Origin: a virus
Direction: 5' to 3' (one strand)
IMG/VR virus record: IMGVR_UViG_3300000291_000011
Length of the DNA: 52,840 bases
The notes beneath the pieces are model-generated. The model made no database searches. It had not been told where the DNA came from and saw nothing but the letters and a program-made list of their open reading frames with translations. Positions 7,937 to 18,700 of the stretch are shown in pieces (within the stretch, counting starts at the first letter, position 1; each line of letters begins with the position of its first letter). The position numbers were made by a program, and so were the translations under genes.

Positions 7937-9409
7937 ATGTTCACAAAAATCACATGGCAAGACTGGCAGAACGAGCCGGACAAGGCAAAGGCGACGCTGG
8001 CGGTTATTGGTGCATACAAGCACAGCGAGGACTTTGATAAAGCTGGAATCGCGCAAAGATACTATGAAGCGCAGAACGATACAGTTTCCGCGAAAGTCGT
8101 GCTGCGAGCCACAACATCAGAATCGGAACAAAAAACCGCCGACGGGAAAACAGTCAAGAAGAAGGGGACGGCGACGGAAGCAGTCCCCGGACAGCGCATT
8201 TACAGCGACTTTTTCCGCCGATTTACCATGCAACAGGCGAATTATCTGCTTGGAAACGGCGTTGAGCTGGAAGACGACGCAATGAAGGGCAAACTGGGCA
8301 TCGGGTTCGACACGACACTTGCGAAAATCGGACTGTATTCGCTTGTCCATGGCGTGTGTTGGGGATACTGGAATCTCGACCACGTTGAGATTCTGCGTGC
8401 GTACACGGACAAAAACAGCGGATTTGTGGCGCTGCTGGACGAGCTGACGGGCGAACCGATGGTTGGGGTGCAGTTCTGGCAGATTGGCGACGACAAACCG
8501 CTGATGGCGCGTGTATTTGAGCCGGACGGCGTGACGGTTTACAAAATGCGCGAGAATGCCTCTGATTTGGAGGTTGCGCAGGAAAAACGCGCCTACAAGC
8601 GGACATACGCACGAGACATCACAGGCGAGCGCCTTGTGTCCGAAGAGAATTACAGCGCATTGCCAATTGTGCCGCTGTACGCGAACGACAAGAAGCAGAC
8701 GGAACTGACGCTTGCAATCCGTTCCAAAATCGACTTGTACGACATCGTGCTTTCCGACTTTGGAAACAATCTGGAAAAGGCGAACGATGTTTACTGGGTG
8801 CTGAACAACTTCGGGGGCAACTTTGACGAGGTTGCGCTGATGCTTGAACAGATTCACCGCCTGAAAGCAATCGCGAACATTTCGGACGGCACGTCATCCA
8901 GCACAGTAACGCCGGAGACGTTTGAAGTGCCGTATGCCGCGCGCCAAACCGCGCTGGAACTGCTGGAACGGCAGCTATACCGCGATTATATGGCGCTGGA
9001 TGTGTCGGAGCTGACGGGCGGAAGCCTGACGAACGTTGCAATTAGGGCAAGCATGGCGAATCTGGACTTGAAAGCAAACGCCTACGAATGGCAGTGCTTT
9101 GATTTCGTACAGAAACTGCTGCGAATTCTGGGAATTGAGACGGAGACAATCCGCTTCAAGCGGCAGACGATTGCAAACGAAAGCGAAATCATCCAGAACA
9201 TCTACACCGCGCAAGGCGATTTGGACAAGGAGACGCGCCTGAAACTCAATCCGATGATTCTGCCGGAGGAAATCGACGACATCATGAAGCGCGGGGAGGA
9301 AGAATCGCTTTTGGGCATCCGCATGGCGCAACAGGCAATGCAGAAGACAGGCGAGGAGGAAGAAGATGCTGTATCTGATGGTGATTCTTCAAGTTCTGGC
9401 GGCGAATAA
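7937..9409 (+). CDS. Portal protein (SPP1 gp6-like)
   Basis: 490 aa after terL, ATG 7937 after GGGGGGTGA; size, position and acidic C-terminus typical of portals. Confidence 0.8.
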   Translation: MFTKITWQDWQNEPDKAKATLAVIGAYKHSEDFDKAGIAQRYYEAQNDTVSAKVVLRATTSESEQKTADGKTVKKKGTATEAVPGQRIYSDFFRRFTMQQANYLLGNGVELEDDAMKGKLGIGFDTTLAKIGLYSLVHGVCWGYWNLDHVEILRAYTDKNSGFVALLDELTGEPMVGVQFWQIGDDKPLMARVFEPDGVTVYKMRENASDLEVAQEKRAYKRTYARDITGERLVSEENYSALPIVPLYANDKKQTELTLAIRSKIDLYDIVLSDFGNNLEKANDVYWVLNNFGGNFDEVALMLEQIHRLKAIANISDGTSSSTVTPETFEVPYAARQTALELLERQLYRDYMALDVSELTGGSLTNVAIRASMANLDLKANAYEWQCFDFVQKLLRILGIETETIRFKRQTIANESEIIQNIYTAQGDLDKETRLKLNPMILPEEIDDIMKRGEEESLLGIRMAQQAMQKTGEEEEDAVSDGDSSSSGGE

Positions 9410-9521
9410 CGTCATCGTTCCGGACTGGCTTTTGTGCATCGGTTGGTGGCTGGTGGCGGTTCGACTTATCTTGCGCATCCTGATTACATTTTTTGACGCT
9501 GGGGAGACGGGCAAGCCGTGA
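9366..9521 (+). CDS. Possible 51-aa hydrophobic membrane peptide bridging the portal and MuF-like genes
   Basis: MLYLMVILQVLAANNVIVPDWLLCIGWWLVAVRLILRILITFFDAGETGKP; overlaps the portal 3' end and ends at the next gene's start. Confidence 0.25.
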   Translation: MLYLMVILQVLAANNVIVPDWLLCIGWWLVAVRLILRILITFFDAGETGKP

Positions 9522-10426
9522 CGGACGTGGAGCGCAACGATTTGCGCGAAGCCGCGCTGCAAATGCGCATAAAGTCGATGTACCAAGAGGCGCTTGACAT
9601 CGCCACGAAGCGCCTGAAAGACTTCTTGCGCAAAAAGCAACAAGTGGACGAAGGCAAGATAAAGCCGCCCGCGTACTACGACACGCCGGAAAAGGTGGAG
9701 CAATGGAAAGCGGGTTTTGTCCGTGAACTCATCCGCCAATATCGCGTGGAAGAAGTCATCATGGAGGAAATCTGCAAGGCTGGAAACCGTGCAACCGACG
9801 ACATCCGCAACACGATGGGCGACGTGTACGCCGATAGCTTAGGCGAGGCGCAAACCGTTATCGAGGCGCAGGCAGACCGCGCGGGTGTTAAGGTGTCGTT
9901 CGCGCAGCCGAATAAACGCGAAATCAAGGCGATTTTTGCCGCTAACGAAACAGCATTCACAAAGCTGGCGTACAAGAATCTGGGGCAAAACACCGAAATT
10001 CGCCACAAGTTGCAAAATGCGCTGGCGCTTTCGTCCACGCTGGGCGAGGACAGGAAGAAACTGATGAACCGCATCAGCGACATCACAGGACAGAGCGAGT
10101 GGCAAGCGCGGAGAGTAGCGCAGACGGAGCGGACACGTTCGCAAAACCAAGCTTCCTATGCCGCGTCACAGGAAGCCGCAGACCAAGGCGTGCCGATATA
10201 CAATCGGTGGCGGTGTCGTTTCCGCAATAGCCGCGAACCGCACATGGCTCGGCATGGGCAAGTTGCAAAGCAAGGCGAATGCTTTCCGAACAGTAACATT
10301 CGTTTTCCGGGCGACCCGAACGGCAGTGCTGCGGAAACCATCAATTGTCATTGCGGCATCCGCCCGATTGTGTTGCTTTCGACCGAGTACATGGGCGAAG
10401 ACGGCAAAATCCACAAAAAGGAGTAG
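9518..10426 (+). CDS. Head morphogenesis protein (SPP1 gp7 / Mu F-like)
   Basis: GTG start; C-terminal WRCRFRNSREPHMARHGQV..FPGDPNGSAAETINCHC typical of Phage_Mu_F. Confidence 0.8.
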   Translation: MTDVERNDLREAALQMRIKSMYQEALDIATKRLKDFLRKKQQVDEGKIKPPAYYDTPEKVEQWKAGFVRELIRQYRVEEVIMEEICKAGNRATDDIRNTMGDVYADSLGEAQTVIEAQADRAGVKVSFAQPNKREIKAIFAANETAFTKLAYKNLGQNTEIRHKLQNALALSSTLGEDRKKLMNRISDITGQSEWQARRVAQTERTRSQNQASYAASQEAADQGVPIYNRWRCRFRNSREPHMARHGQVAKQGECFPNSNIRFPGDPNGSAAETINCHCGIRPIVLLSTEYMGEDGKIHKKE

Positions 10427-10429
10427 CGT

Positions 10430-10849
10430 ATGCCGGGAATGAAAGACAATACTGCTCAAATTCAGCAGCAACTTGATAGGGCTATGAAAATCGCATTGCT
10501 GGCAATTCGAACTGACGCTGTTGGCATGGTGCGCGACACGATGGACTACGCATATCCCAAACCTATATACTACAATGGAGACTTGTGGCTCGATATTAGC
10601 GCGGAAATCAACAGCGAGGGGAACGGAATTGTCGTTGGAACAAATATGGAATATGCGCCATATGTGCATGATGGACACGCCGGACACGCCGTATTTTTCC
10701 CGAACATTGGAGACAAAGGCGAGTTTCGCGTTATGCCGGGAGGCTACACGCCGGGACGACCATTTTTAACCGACACATTTAAAAACAGCGAAAATGCACA
10801 ACGTCTCGTTGACATCGTAGCCGACCAAATCAAACAGAATATGGACTAA
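10430..10849 (+). CDS. HK97 gp10-like structural protein
   Basis: MEYAPYVHDGH..GRPFLTD resembles the YA-YVE-G..PFL motif of the gp10 family. Confidence 0.5.
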   Translation: MPGMKDNTAQIQQQLDRAMKIALLAIRTDAVGMVRDTMDYAYPKPIYYNGDLWLDISAEINSEGNGIVVGTNMEYAPYVHDGHAGHAVFFPNIGDKGEFRVMPGGYTPGRPFLTDTFKNSENAQRLVDIVADQIKQNMD

Positions 10850-10981
10850 TCACAGCAATATCAGCGCATGGCAAAGAACCGCCGTGCGCTGTTTGCATAT
10901 ATGCGGAAAGGCAAAGCACCGCATTTCCGCAAACAATCAAAGGCGCAAAGCACCGCGCCCCGAAGCAAAGGAGATTGAACC

Positions 10982-11578
10982 ATGAATATCCTCACCCGAA
11001 AAAACCTGAAAGCCCTGAATGTGCCTGATGAAGCGATTGACGCAATTGTGGAAGCCCACAGTGACGCAATCAACGACATCAAGGCGGAGCGTGATAAATA
11101 CGCAGAACAGGCGCAGCAGATTGCAGCGCTGACCACGGAGCGCGACACGCTCAAGCAGCAGCTTGCCGACGCGAAGAAGAGCGGCGGCGACGCGCAGAAG
11201 ATTCAGGAGGCGTTCGATACCTACAAGCAGCAGGTGGAGACGGAAAAGAAAACCGCGACGCTGACAACCGCCGCGAGAAAGCTGCTGACCAGCAAGGGGA
11301 TGCAGGAGAAACTTGCTGACCTTGTGATGGCAAAGCGCGGACTGGACGGCATCGAACTCGATGCCAAGGGCGCAATCAAGGACGGCGACAAGCTGATTGA
11401 CGCGCTCAAGGGCGAGTACGGCGACCTTTTCTCCACGCAGCAGCAGCAGGGTACACCTACCACCACCCCGCCGAGCGGCGGCAATGCCACGCACGGCAGC
11501 GGACGCGCCGCAGCACTGGCGGCGAAGTACGCGCAAGATATGTATGGCGCAGTTGCGCCGGAAGGAGCGAATAAATGA
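10982..11578 (+). CDS. Scaffolding protein
   Basis: 198-aa coiled-coil protein (E/K/Q/A-rich) preceding the capsid genes. Confidence 0.75.
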   Translation: MNILTRKNLKALNVPDEAIDAIVEAHSDAINDIKAERDKYAEQAQQIAALTTERDTLKQQLADAKKSGGDAQKIQEAFDTYKQQVETEKKTATLTTAARKLLTSKGMQEKLADLVMAKRGLDGIELDAKGAIKDGDKLIDALKGEYGDLFSTQQQQGTPTTTPPSGGNATHGSGRAAALAAKYAQDMYGAVAPEGANK

Positions 11579-11934
11579 GCTTTACCAGCAAGGCGACCGG
11601 GACTGTTTACCAGCCCGGTTATTTTCTTAAGAACGCGGAAGACGCAATCCGCGAAACCAAGCAGATTAAGCAGTCGGGCGCTACCACCGCCGAAAACGGC
11701 GCGAAGTACGTCAAGATGGGGACTGTTTACCCCGAGAACAACGGCACTGCCGTCGGCATCGTGTACGAGGACGTGGACGTTACCAGCGGCGATATGCCCG
11801 GCAGCGTCGTGACGCGCGGCACGGTTTACGAGAGCCGTCTCCCCGCCGAAATCAACAGCACCGCCAAGAGCGCGCTGACGGCAAAGGGCTTCTACTTCAT
11901 CGCCGCCGAAGCCGCGACGGTTCGCCCGTACTGA
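11575..11934 (+). CDS. Putative head decoration protein (position analogous to lambda gpD)
   Basis: 119-aa ORF overlapping the scaffold stop, directly upstream of the major capsid gene. Confidence 0.45.
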   Translation: MSFTSKATGTVYQPGYFLKNAEDAIRETKQIKQSGATTAENGAKYVKMGTVYPENNGTAVGIVYEDVDVTSGDMPGSVVTRGTVYESRLPAEINSTAKSALTAKGFYFIAAEAATVRPY

Positions 11935-11949
11935 CGAAAGGAGAATACT

Positions 11950-13308
11950 ATGCAGATTCCGTCTTTTGAGAACAATATTTTCGGTCTGATTCCCAAGGAG
12001 GAGTGGCTGGACGTTGGCTTTAACGTCAGCCGCCCGAACGACCCGGTTGACGCGCTGTTTCCCGACGAATACAGTGAAAATCTCGTGGCTAAGTGGCAGG
12101 AGATTGCCAACCAGTACCAGCTTCCCGTGATGGCTGACTTCCACAGCTTCGACAGCCGGACGAACATCGCCACCCGCATCCCCGTCGATACGCACAGCAT
12201 CGAGAAGGGACTGATTAAAGTAAAGATTAACCAGTCCGAGCGTATGCGTGCGCTGCTGCGTTCCGGCGTGCAGAATGACGCTATGTATGACTACGTTATC
12301 CGTGACGGCATCATGCTCGCCGACCAAGTTGTTACGCGAACCAAGGTTGCGAAGAACGAGGTTCTGGCAACCGGCAAGATGACCATCAAGGAGAACGACC
12401 TCGACCTGACTATCGACTATGGCGTGAAGCCGGAACAGACGGAATTCACGTTCGATTTCAGCGAGGACGCGGACATCCCGGCACAGATTCAGTTTGTGTC
12501 TGACACCGCGCAGGAAGCGGGAACAACGGTTGACACCATCGTTACAAGTCGCAAAGTGCGAAATCAGATGCGTGCAAACCGTGCAATCCAAAAGCGCATC
12601 AACGGCACGTTGAGCGATGGCGCGTATGTGAGCAACGCCGCGCTGGATACGTTCCTTTCCACGGAGTACGGCATCAACCGAGTTATTACCAACGATTTGC
12701 AGTACGCCATTGATGGCGGCATCGGCGAGGACGGGCGACCGATTCGAACCACGAAGCGCTATTTTCCGCAGAACAAGATGACGTTCCTCGGCACTGGCAG
12801 CGCCATGACGCGCATCGGCGCGGGCTTGTGGGGACAAACCCCGGAAGAAACGGTCAACACCGCAAACACCGGGCTTAATGTCAACCAGTCCGGTCAGCAC
12901 CGCTATGTGATGGTGTCGCAGTGGGTGGAAAACGACCCTGTCGTTCTGTGGACGCGGGCATCCGGCTTGTTTATGCCGGTTATCTTTAATCCGCAGAGCA
13001 TCTGGATTGCTACCATCACGGACGCGGCGACGGGACAGTTGACGGTTTCCTCTGCCGCTGGCACAGGCAAGGGCAACACGACGCTGACTGTCAGCCCCGC
13101 GAAGGAATCCAGCTCCAACCTGTACAAGGTGAAGGCTGGTACGACCGCTCCGACCGCAGCCTATGGGCAGAATGTCCGCACTTGGAGCAACTGGGACGGC
13201 ACGTCTGACCTTGCGATTGCGACGGGGCAGAAGGTGACGGTTGCGGAATGCACCAGCGACTACCGCGTGATTCGCTCCGGCAGCGCGACGGTGACGGCAG
13301 CGACTTAA
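11950..13308 (+). CDS. Major capsid protein (lambda gpE-like) with C-terminal Ig-like extension
   Basis: 452 aa after scaffold and decoration genes; C-terminal T/S/A/G-rich beta-type segment (LTVSSAAGTGKGNTTLTVSPAKE..). Confidence 0.8.
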   Translation: MQIPSFENNIFGLIPKEEWLDVGFNVSRPNDPVDALFPDEYSENLVAKWQEIANQYQLPVMADFHSFDSRTNIATRIPVDTHSIEKGLIKVKINQSERMRALLRSGVQNDAMYDYVIRDGIMLADQVVTRTKVAKNEVLATGKMTIKENDLDLTIDYGVKPEQTEFTFDFSEDADIPAQIQFVSDTAQEAGTTVDTIVTSRKVRNQMRANRAIQKRINGTLSDGAYVSNAALDTFLSTEYGINRVITNDLQYAIDGGIGEDGRPIRTTKRYFPQNKMTFLGTGSAMTRIGAGLWGQTPEETVNTANTGLNVNQSGQHRYVMVSQWVENDPVVLWTRASGLFMPVIFNPQSIWIATITDAATGQLTVSSAAGTGKGNTTLTVSPAKESSSNLYKVKAGTTAPTAAYGQNVRTWSNWDGTSDLAIATGQKVTVAECTSDYRVIRSGSATVTAAT

Positions 13309-13321
13309 TGGAGGTGGAAAC

Positions 13322-13750
13322 ATGGCTGTGACGCTGGAAATGGCAATGCGCGAGTGTAACAACTTTTTCGAGCGCTGCAAGTACACGGGAGAGATTCGCA
13401 TCTTGGGCGGGAAAATCGTCCCTGACGTAGGTTCGCCCTATGTGTACATCAGCGGCAGCGCGCGGAACGACGGCGTTCACAGCCTTGTTTCTGGCGCAAT
13501 GGAGGACGCGGCCGGGGAGGAAACTTTCGACGGCACGTTGTGGTTTCTGTACCCGCCGCGCCCGTTTATCGAGATTGCAAAAGAATGCGCGGAGTACGAG
13601 ACGAAAAACCCGACGGGGGCTTATACGTCGGAATCGTTCGGGCATTATAGCTATTCGCGGGCGACTGGCAGCAATGGCGTTGTGACGTGGCAAGCGGCAT
13701 TCGCGGACAAACTGCGACCGTATCGCCATATGTACACGGAGGTGGGCTGA
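13322..13750 (+). CDS. Head-tail connector/adaptor protein
   Basis: 142 aa, position after the capsid gene, translationally coupled (ATGA) to the next gene. Confidence 0.55.
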   Translation: MAVTLEMAMRECNNFFERCKYTGEIRILGGKIVPDVGSPYVYISGSARNDGVHSLVSGAMEDAAGEETFDGTLWFLYPPRPFIEIAKECAEYETKNPTGAYTSESFGHYSYSRATGSNGVVTWQAAFADKLRPYRHMYTEVG

Positions 13751-14091
13751 TGGCGTGGACTGATTTTCTGGATGACGCTTGCATTGTTGACAAGCGCACG
13801 GAATCCGACGGCATGGGCGGCATCGTTGTCACATGGGCAGACGGCGCGCCGTTCCGTGCTGGATTCATCCGCAACAGCAGCACAGAAGCCCGAATTGCAT
13901 ACCAGAACGGCATCCGCGAACTTTTCACCATCGTGTTTTCCGATATGCTGGAACTGCTTCCGAACGACCGCGTGAAGCGGATTTCCGACGGCAAAGTCTT
14001 CCGAATCACGTCCGACGCGCGGGATATGACAACGCCGGAGCAGAGCGATATGCACTTCCGGGAGGCGGACGCGGAGGTGGTGACGGCATGA
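13750..14091 (+). CDS. Head closure / head-tail joining protein
   Basis: ATG 13750 overlaps the previous stop; 113 aa; size and position typical. Confidence 0.55.
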   Translation: MAWTDFLDDACIVDKRTESDGMGGIVVTWADGAPFRAGFIRNSSTEARIAYQNGIRELFTIVFSDMLELLPNDRVKRISDGKVFRITSDARDMTTPEQSDMHFREADAEVVTA

Positions 14092-14486
14092 TTGACTTGC
14101 AGCGGAAACTATACAAGTTTTGGAACAGTTTCACCTACGAGGGCAAGCCAATTCCCGCGTATGTTGAGGACGCAGTGCCGGAGGAAGCGTCTTTTCCCTA
14201 TTTCGCGTTTCAGTTACAAGAGGGGGACGCGTTCGGAAAGTCCACAATGATTTGTACCCTTTGCTGTCAGGCAGAAAACGGCAGCAACGTAAACTTGCAG
14301 CGTGCGGCAATCCTTGACGAGGTTCGCCGCGCTATTCCGCCGGAGGGAACGGCAATCTATTGCGACGATGGTTTTATCACGCTATACCGCAACAATAGCA
14401 ACTTTTTCCGCCTTGAAGTGGACACGACGCTCAAAAGCGTCTGCTATGGGCGGATTTACTACGAAATCGTGACTTACTACACCTAA
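14088..14486 (+). CDS. Tail completion / neck protein
   Basis: ATG 14088 overlaps the previous stop (ATGA); 132 aa. Confidence 0.5.
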   Translation: MIDLQRKLYKFWNSFTYEGKPIPAYVEDAVPEEASFPYFAFQLQEGDAFGKSTMICTLCCQAENGSNVNLQRAAILDEVRRAIPPEGTAIYCDDGFITLYRNNSNFFRLEVDTTLKSVCYGRIYYEIVTYYT

Positions 14487-14500
14487 CAGGAGGTAACAAA

Positions 14501-15106
14501 ATGACGACTGGTCTTCGGGCAAGTACATTTGAAAACTTGCAGCTCAACGCCGGGATGTTTCTTGCCAATTTTGACTATTCCACCGCCACGGACGCGGCGA
14601 CGCTTGGCGCGCTGCTGAAAACGGAGCGCGAAAAGACAAGCGGCTCTGCGCTGATTGGCGCAACGCGCGGCGGCGGCACGTTCGTCTGCACGCCTAACAC
14701 GCGCAGCATCGAGGCGGACGGCAAGCGCGAGGAATGGAAAGGCAGCAGCGTCAACGATGGCTGGACTATCAAGCTGACGACTACCCTGCTGGAAATCAAT
14801 GCCGACAACCTTAAGCGTTCTTTCGGCACTGCTGACGTGACGGACACAGAGAAGAAGCACACCATCAAGATTCGCACCGACATCAAGGACGCGGACTATA
14901 TTGAGAGTCTCGTCTGGGTTGGCGACACCTCGAAGGGCTATGTGCTGATTGCCATCAAAAACGCGCTGAACACGGCGGGCGCAACGCTGACGTGGACGGA
15001 CAAGGGCGAGGGCACTATTCCGGTGGAGTTTACCGCGCATCAGGACGGTCTGGAAACCGACGGATATGCACCTTGCGAGGTAATTTTCTTCGACCCCGCC
15101 GCCTAA
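14501..15106 (+). CDS. Major tail protein
   Basis: 201 aa directly before the chaperone/tape-measure genes, followed by a strong terminator (attenuation point typical of tail operons). Confidence 0.75.
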   Translation: MTTGLRASTFENLQLNAGMFLANFDYSTATDAATLGALLKTEREKTSGSALIGATRGGGTFVCTPNTRSIEADGKREEWKGSSVNDGWTIKLTTTLLEINADNLKRSFGTADVTDTEKKHTIKIRTDIKDADYIESLVWVGDTSKGYVLIAIKNALNTAGATLTWTDKGEGTIPVEFTAHQDGLETDGYAPCEVIFFDPAA

Positions 15107-15112
15107 CAACAC

Positions 15113-15142
15113 GCGGCAGGGTTCGCGCCCTGCCGCATTTTA
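15113..15142 (+). terminator. Rho-independent terminator
   Basis: GCGGCAGGG-ttcgcg-CCCTGCCGC followed by ATTTTA. Confidence 0.7.
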
Positions 15143-15164
15143 GTGAATCTGAGGAGGAAAACGC

Positions 15165-15491
15165 ATGAATACCGCAACCGCATTTGAGCAGATGGCGAAC
15201 GCCATTCCGTACATCGACAAGCTGGTAAACAGCAAGGAAATGAAAGCTTTCGTGGAAGAAAAGAGCAAGGGCGACGTTGTCGGGCGCGACATCCTGATGA
15301 AGATGCTGCCGATTCTGTACGCAAAGCATCCCAAGGAAACGATGGGCATCCTCGGCGCGATGCACGGCAAGACGGCGGAGGAAGTCGCAGAAATGGACTT
15401 CACGGAAACCGCCGCCATGATGGACAAGGACACGCTCGATTCGCTGTTTGCTTTTTTTACCTTTGCGCTTCGTCTGGGGTGCATCATGTAA
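15165..15491 (+). CDS. Tail assembly chaperone (gpG-like)
   Basis: 108 aa between the major tail and tape-measure genes; contains a slippery site near its 3' end. Confidence 0.8.
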   Translation: MNTATAFEQMANAIPYIDKLVNSKEMKAFVEEKSKGDVVGRDILMKMLPILYAKHPKETMGILGAMHGKTAEEVAEMDFTETAAMMDKDTLDSLFAFFTFALRLGCIM

Positions 15492-15778
15492 TCCCTGTGC
15501 TGTACAAGTACCGCCCGCAAAACGTTCACGCGCTGGGGGTGCTTCTGGCGCACGAAACGCAGGAGGAAGCAAAACGCTGCTACATGGCTAATATGGCGTG
15601 GATGACGGTGCTTGCTATTTCGTCGTTTGGCGGAGCGAATCTGGAAATTCCATCATACAGCGACGTTTTCGGCGCAGAGAAGCACGAAACAAAGCAAAAA
15701 ACAGCAGAGGAAATCTGCGACGATATTATAAACGGACTAATGGCGAGGGGAGGTGCAGAAGATGGCGGAAGCATTTGA
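15165..15778 (+). CDS. Tail assembly chaperone frameshift product (gpGT-like)
   Basis: A -1 shift at 15452-15458 joins the gpG-like frame to the 15479-15778 frame (..DSLFAFF/YLCASSGVHHVIPVLYKY..). Confidence 0.7.
15452..15458 (+). promoter_or_regulatory. -1 programmed ribosomal frameshift slippery heptamer U_UUU_UUU
   Basis: Zero-frame GCU UUU UUU ACC. The -1 frame has no stop from at least 15380, the furthest upstream checked, through 15778. Confidence 0.75.
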
Positions 15779-18700
15779 GTTGTACGCAAGTTTTAAGATT
15801 GATACAAGCGGATACACGCAAGAGCTGAACAAAATCCGGCAGGAAATGGAGCAGTTTCAACAAGAGCTCAACAGCCTTGCTATTCATCCGACGTTTGACG
15901 GCGGACGTTTTCGGACGGAATTGCAGCAAGCGCAGCAGCAGTCCACGCAGGCGACGGAAGAAATCAAGCGTTTGCAGCAGCAAATCCAGTCCTTGCAGGA
16001 AGCCGCAGAGGATTCGGGGGACGATTCCAAAAACAGCATCACTGGGCTTCTAAAACGCATCGGCATCGTCGGCGAAATTGCAAGCGGACAGTTCCTCGGA
16101 AATATGTTTGTGAATGGCGTCAATACCGTTATCGACGGCGTCACAGGTTCAATCAGCGAATCAATCGAACTTGCGTCCGACCTTACGGAGACGCAGAACG
16201 TTGTTGATGTGACGTTTGAGGATTCCGCGTCCACCATTAACAAGTGGGCGCAGGAGGCTCTGAACGCCTACGGCATCACGGAAACCAAGGCGAAACAGTA
16301 TTCGTCTACACTGGGCGCTATGCTCAAGTCGATGGGCATCGCGGATGACCAAGTTCTCCAAATGTCTATGGATATGGCGGGGCTGGCGGCGGATATGGCA
16401 TCTTTCTACAATCTTGACCATGACGCGGCATTTGAGAAAATCCGCTCCGGAATTTCCGGGGAAACTGAACCGTTGAAGGCGCTTGGCATCAATATGTCCG
16501 TTGCGAACCTAAACGCCTTCGCCCTCGAAAAGGGCATGAATAAGGCGTTTGATAAAATGTCGCAGGCGGAACAGGCGACGCTGCGCTATCAATATCTGCT
16601 GGAAGCCACAAAGGACGCTCAGGGTGACTTTGCGCGAACCGGGGACAGCTTCTCAAACGAGATGCGCAAGCTGCAAACGAACCTCGACCGCATCAAGACG
16701 GAGTTCGGCAAGGGGCTGCTGGGCGTTGTAACGCCCGCGATTTCGCTGCTCAACAACGTGCTGTCTGACAAGTCATACCAGTACACGACAGCCGAAAAAA
16801 TCATGCAAGAGCGGGACGAATCAATATACGACGCAAAGGCGACCTATGCGCAGTCGCTCACAATCGTTAATTCCATGCGCAACATGGAGCAGGAGAGCGG
16901 CAAAGCTGTAAAGGCAACGAAAGCATGGCAGGAAGCCCTCGAAAACCTTAAAAACGTTATGCCGGGACTTTCGCAATACGTTGATTTAACCTCTGACGCC
17001 ATTATGGGCAACACGGAAAGAATTAAACAGTATGTGGATACCGTGAATGGCGTGTCGCTGTATGGTGCACATGATACCGCCGTTACCGATGCACAAGCAG
17101 CAGTTGATGAAACGGAAAAACAGCTTGAATCCCTATATGCACGCAGAGATTATCTAAACTCGCTAATTGTGGGGTCTAATGCTGAAGAAGTAAAAGCCGC
17201 ATATCATGATGTGGTAGAAAATGCCTATCAGTCCTTTGTCCGCACAATGGCTGGAACAAATGCCAACTATACGTTTGCCAATACATTTGACGAATTTTTT
17301 GCATCGCAATATGATGAAGTCGACAGGGCGATTCGCGGGGTTGGAGATTCTTCCATAAATCTCTTCGATTTCGGAGACATGCAAGCTGCGGCGTGGAGCA
17401 AGCTCACAGAAGCAATGAGCTTGCAAACATTCGATAGCAGCGCCGCCGCCGGAGAATTGGAAGATGTTAATAGGCAAATCGCAGAAACTAACGATAAACT
17501 GAACGAGAATCAGACCGCGCTTGCAAGGGCAACAGCGGAATGGGAAGCGTACAAACGTGCACACCCGGAAGCCGAAGAACAGGTAAAATTCAACGAAGCC
17601 GTCGAGAACGAGAAGAAAGCCCTCGAAGACCTAAAGACCGCGCTGAAAGACGTGGATACCTACCGCGCGGACACGCTGAAAAAGGCGCAGGAAGCTTACA
17701 AGGGCGTTGCGTCGGGCATGGGCTACATGGTAACGCACAAGCAGGAAGAAATGAAGAAGCTCCTCGATACCGATTACAGCAAGGAAAACGTGCTTAGTTG
17801 GTACGGCACGAATGCGGATGCGCTACACGCCTACAATGATGCTTTGCAGCAAGCCGAAGCGGCTGGCGTTGACGTTGGCATTTTGTCAGGGCTTACTACA
17901 TACTCCCGCGATAACGATGCGTACCTTTCGCGTCTGCTGAACCTAACGCCGGAAGAAATCAAGCAGCTAAATGCAGACTACCAGCGCGCCCGCGACGAAG
18001 AAAACGCGATGGCGGAAACCAAAACGCGGTATACGCTGGCGGACGATGAGACGTATCAGGCGATGCTGGAAACCGTGCAAAAGTCGCTCGAAGCGTTTGA
18101 GCAAAAGGACGCAATCGCGGCATACATGGCGGAAAATAACAGCGCGGTTTTGGCTGGCATCGACGACATGAAGCAGACACTCGTAAAAGAGATTCCGCAA
18201 ATTAACGCGTTGCTCAAAATCCTTGGATTTAACAACAAAATCGAAACCAAAATCCATGAATGGAGAACAGACTTTTCTCAAAATGAAACGCCATACGACT
18301 TCTTGGGTGATATTTCCACAGGAAAGGGGCGCGCTGCGAATGCACCGCTTGCAGTCGGCGGGCATCTGATGGAATACTGGGCGCCAAATCCAAAAACGAA
18401 TCCGCAGGAGCTTGCCGACGTTCTTGCTGCCCTCGAAGCGAAGCAGAAAGAGAATCAGAAAGTGCGCGAAGGAAACGGCTACTGGGACAAGGTACAGGAA
18501 GCAGCAGATAAAGCATACGAAAACAGAAAGCAAGTAGCGGAAAATTTGACGTTTATTCGCGAGATGCACACAACGCTTGAAACGATGCAGGAAAACTACC
18601 TAACCGCACTCAAAGAAAGAAAAGCTCCGAACATCACCAACAATGAAGATGGGGTGCTCTGGGTGCGCATCGAGAATCCAGCAGATGTTGCAAAAGCTGT

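Noticed and set aside
10868-10978. 36-aa basic ORF in the gp10-like / scaffold intergenic region
   Set aside because: There is no Shine-Dalgarno sequence upstream, and its 3' end overlaps the scaffold gene RBS. It is probably non-coding leader sequence.
11221-13401. 726-aa minus-strand ORF covering the scaffold, decoration and major capsid genes
   Set aside because: Its R/A/G/V-rich low-complexity translation is typical of the antisense frame of GC-rich coding DNA. It is fully overlapped by recognisable plus-strand structural genes with RBSs and translational coupling.
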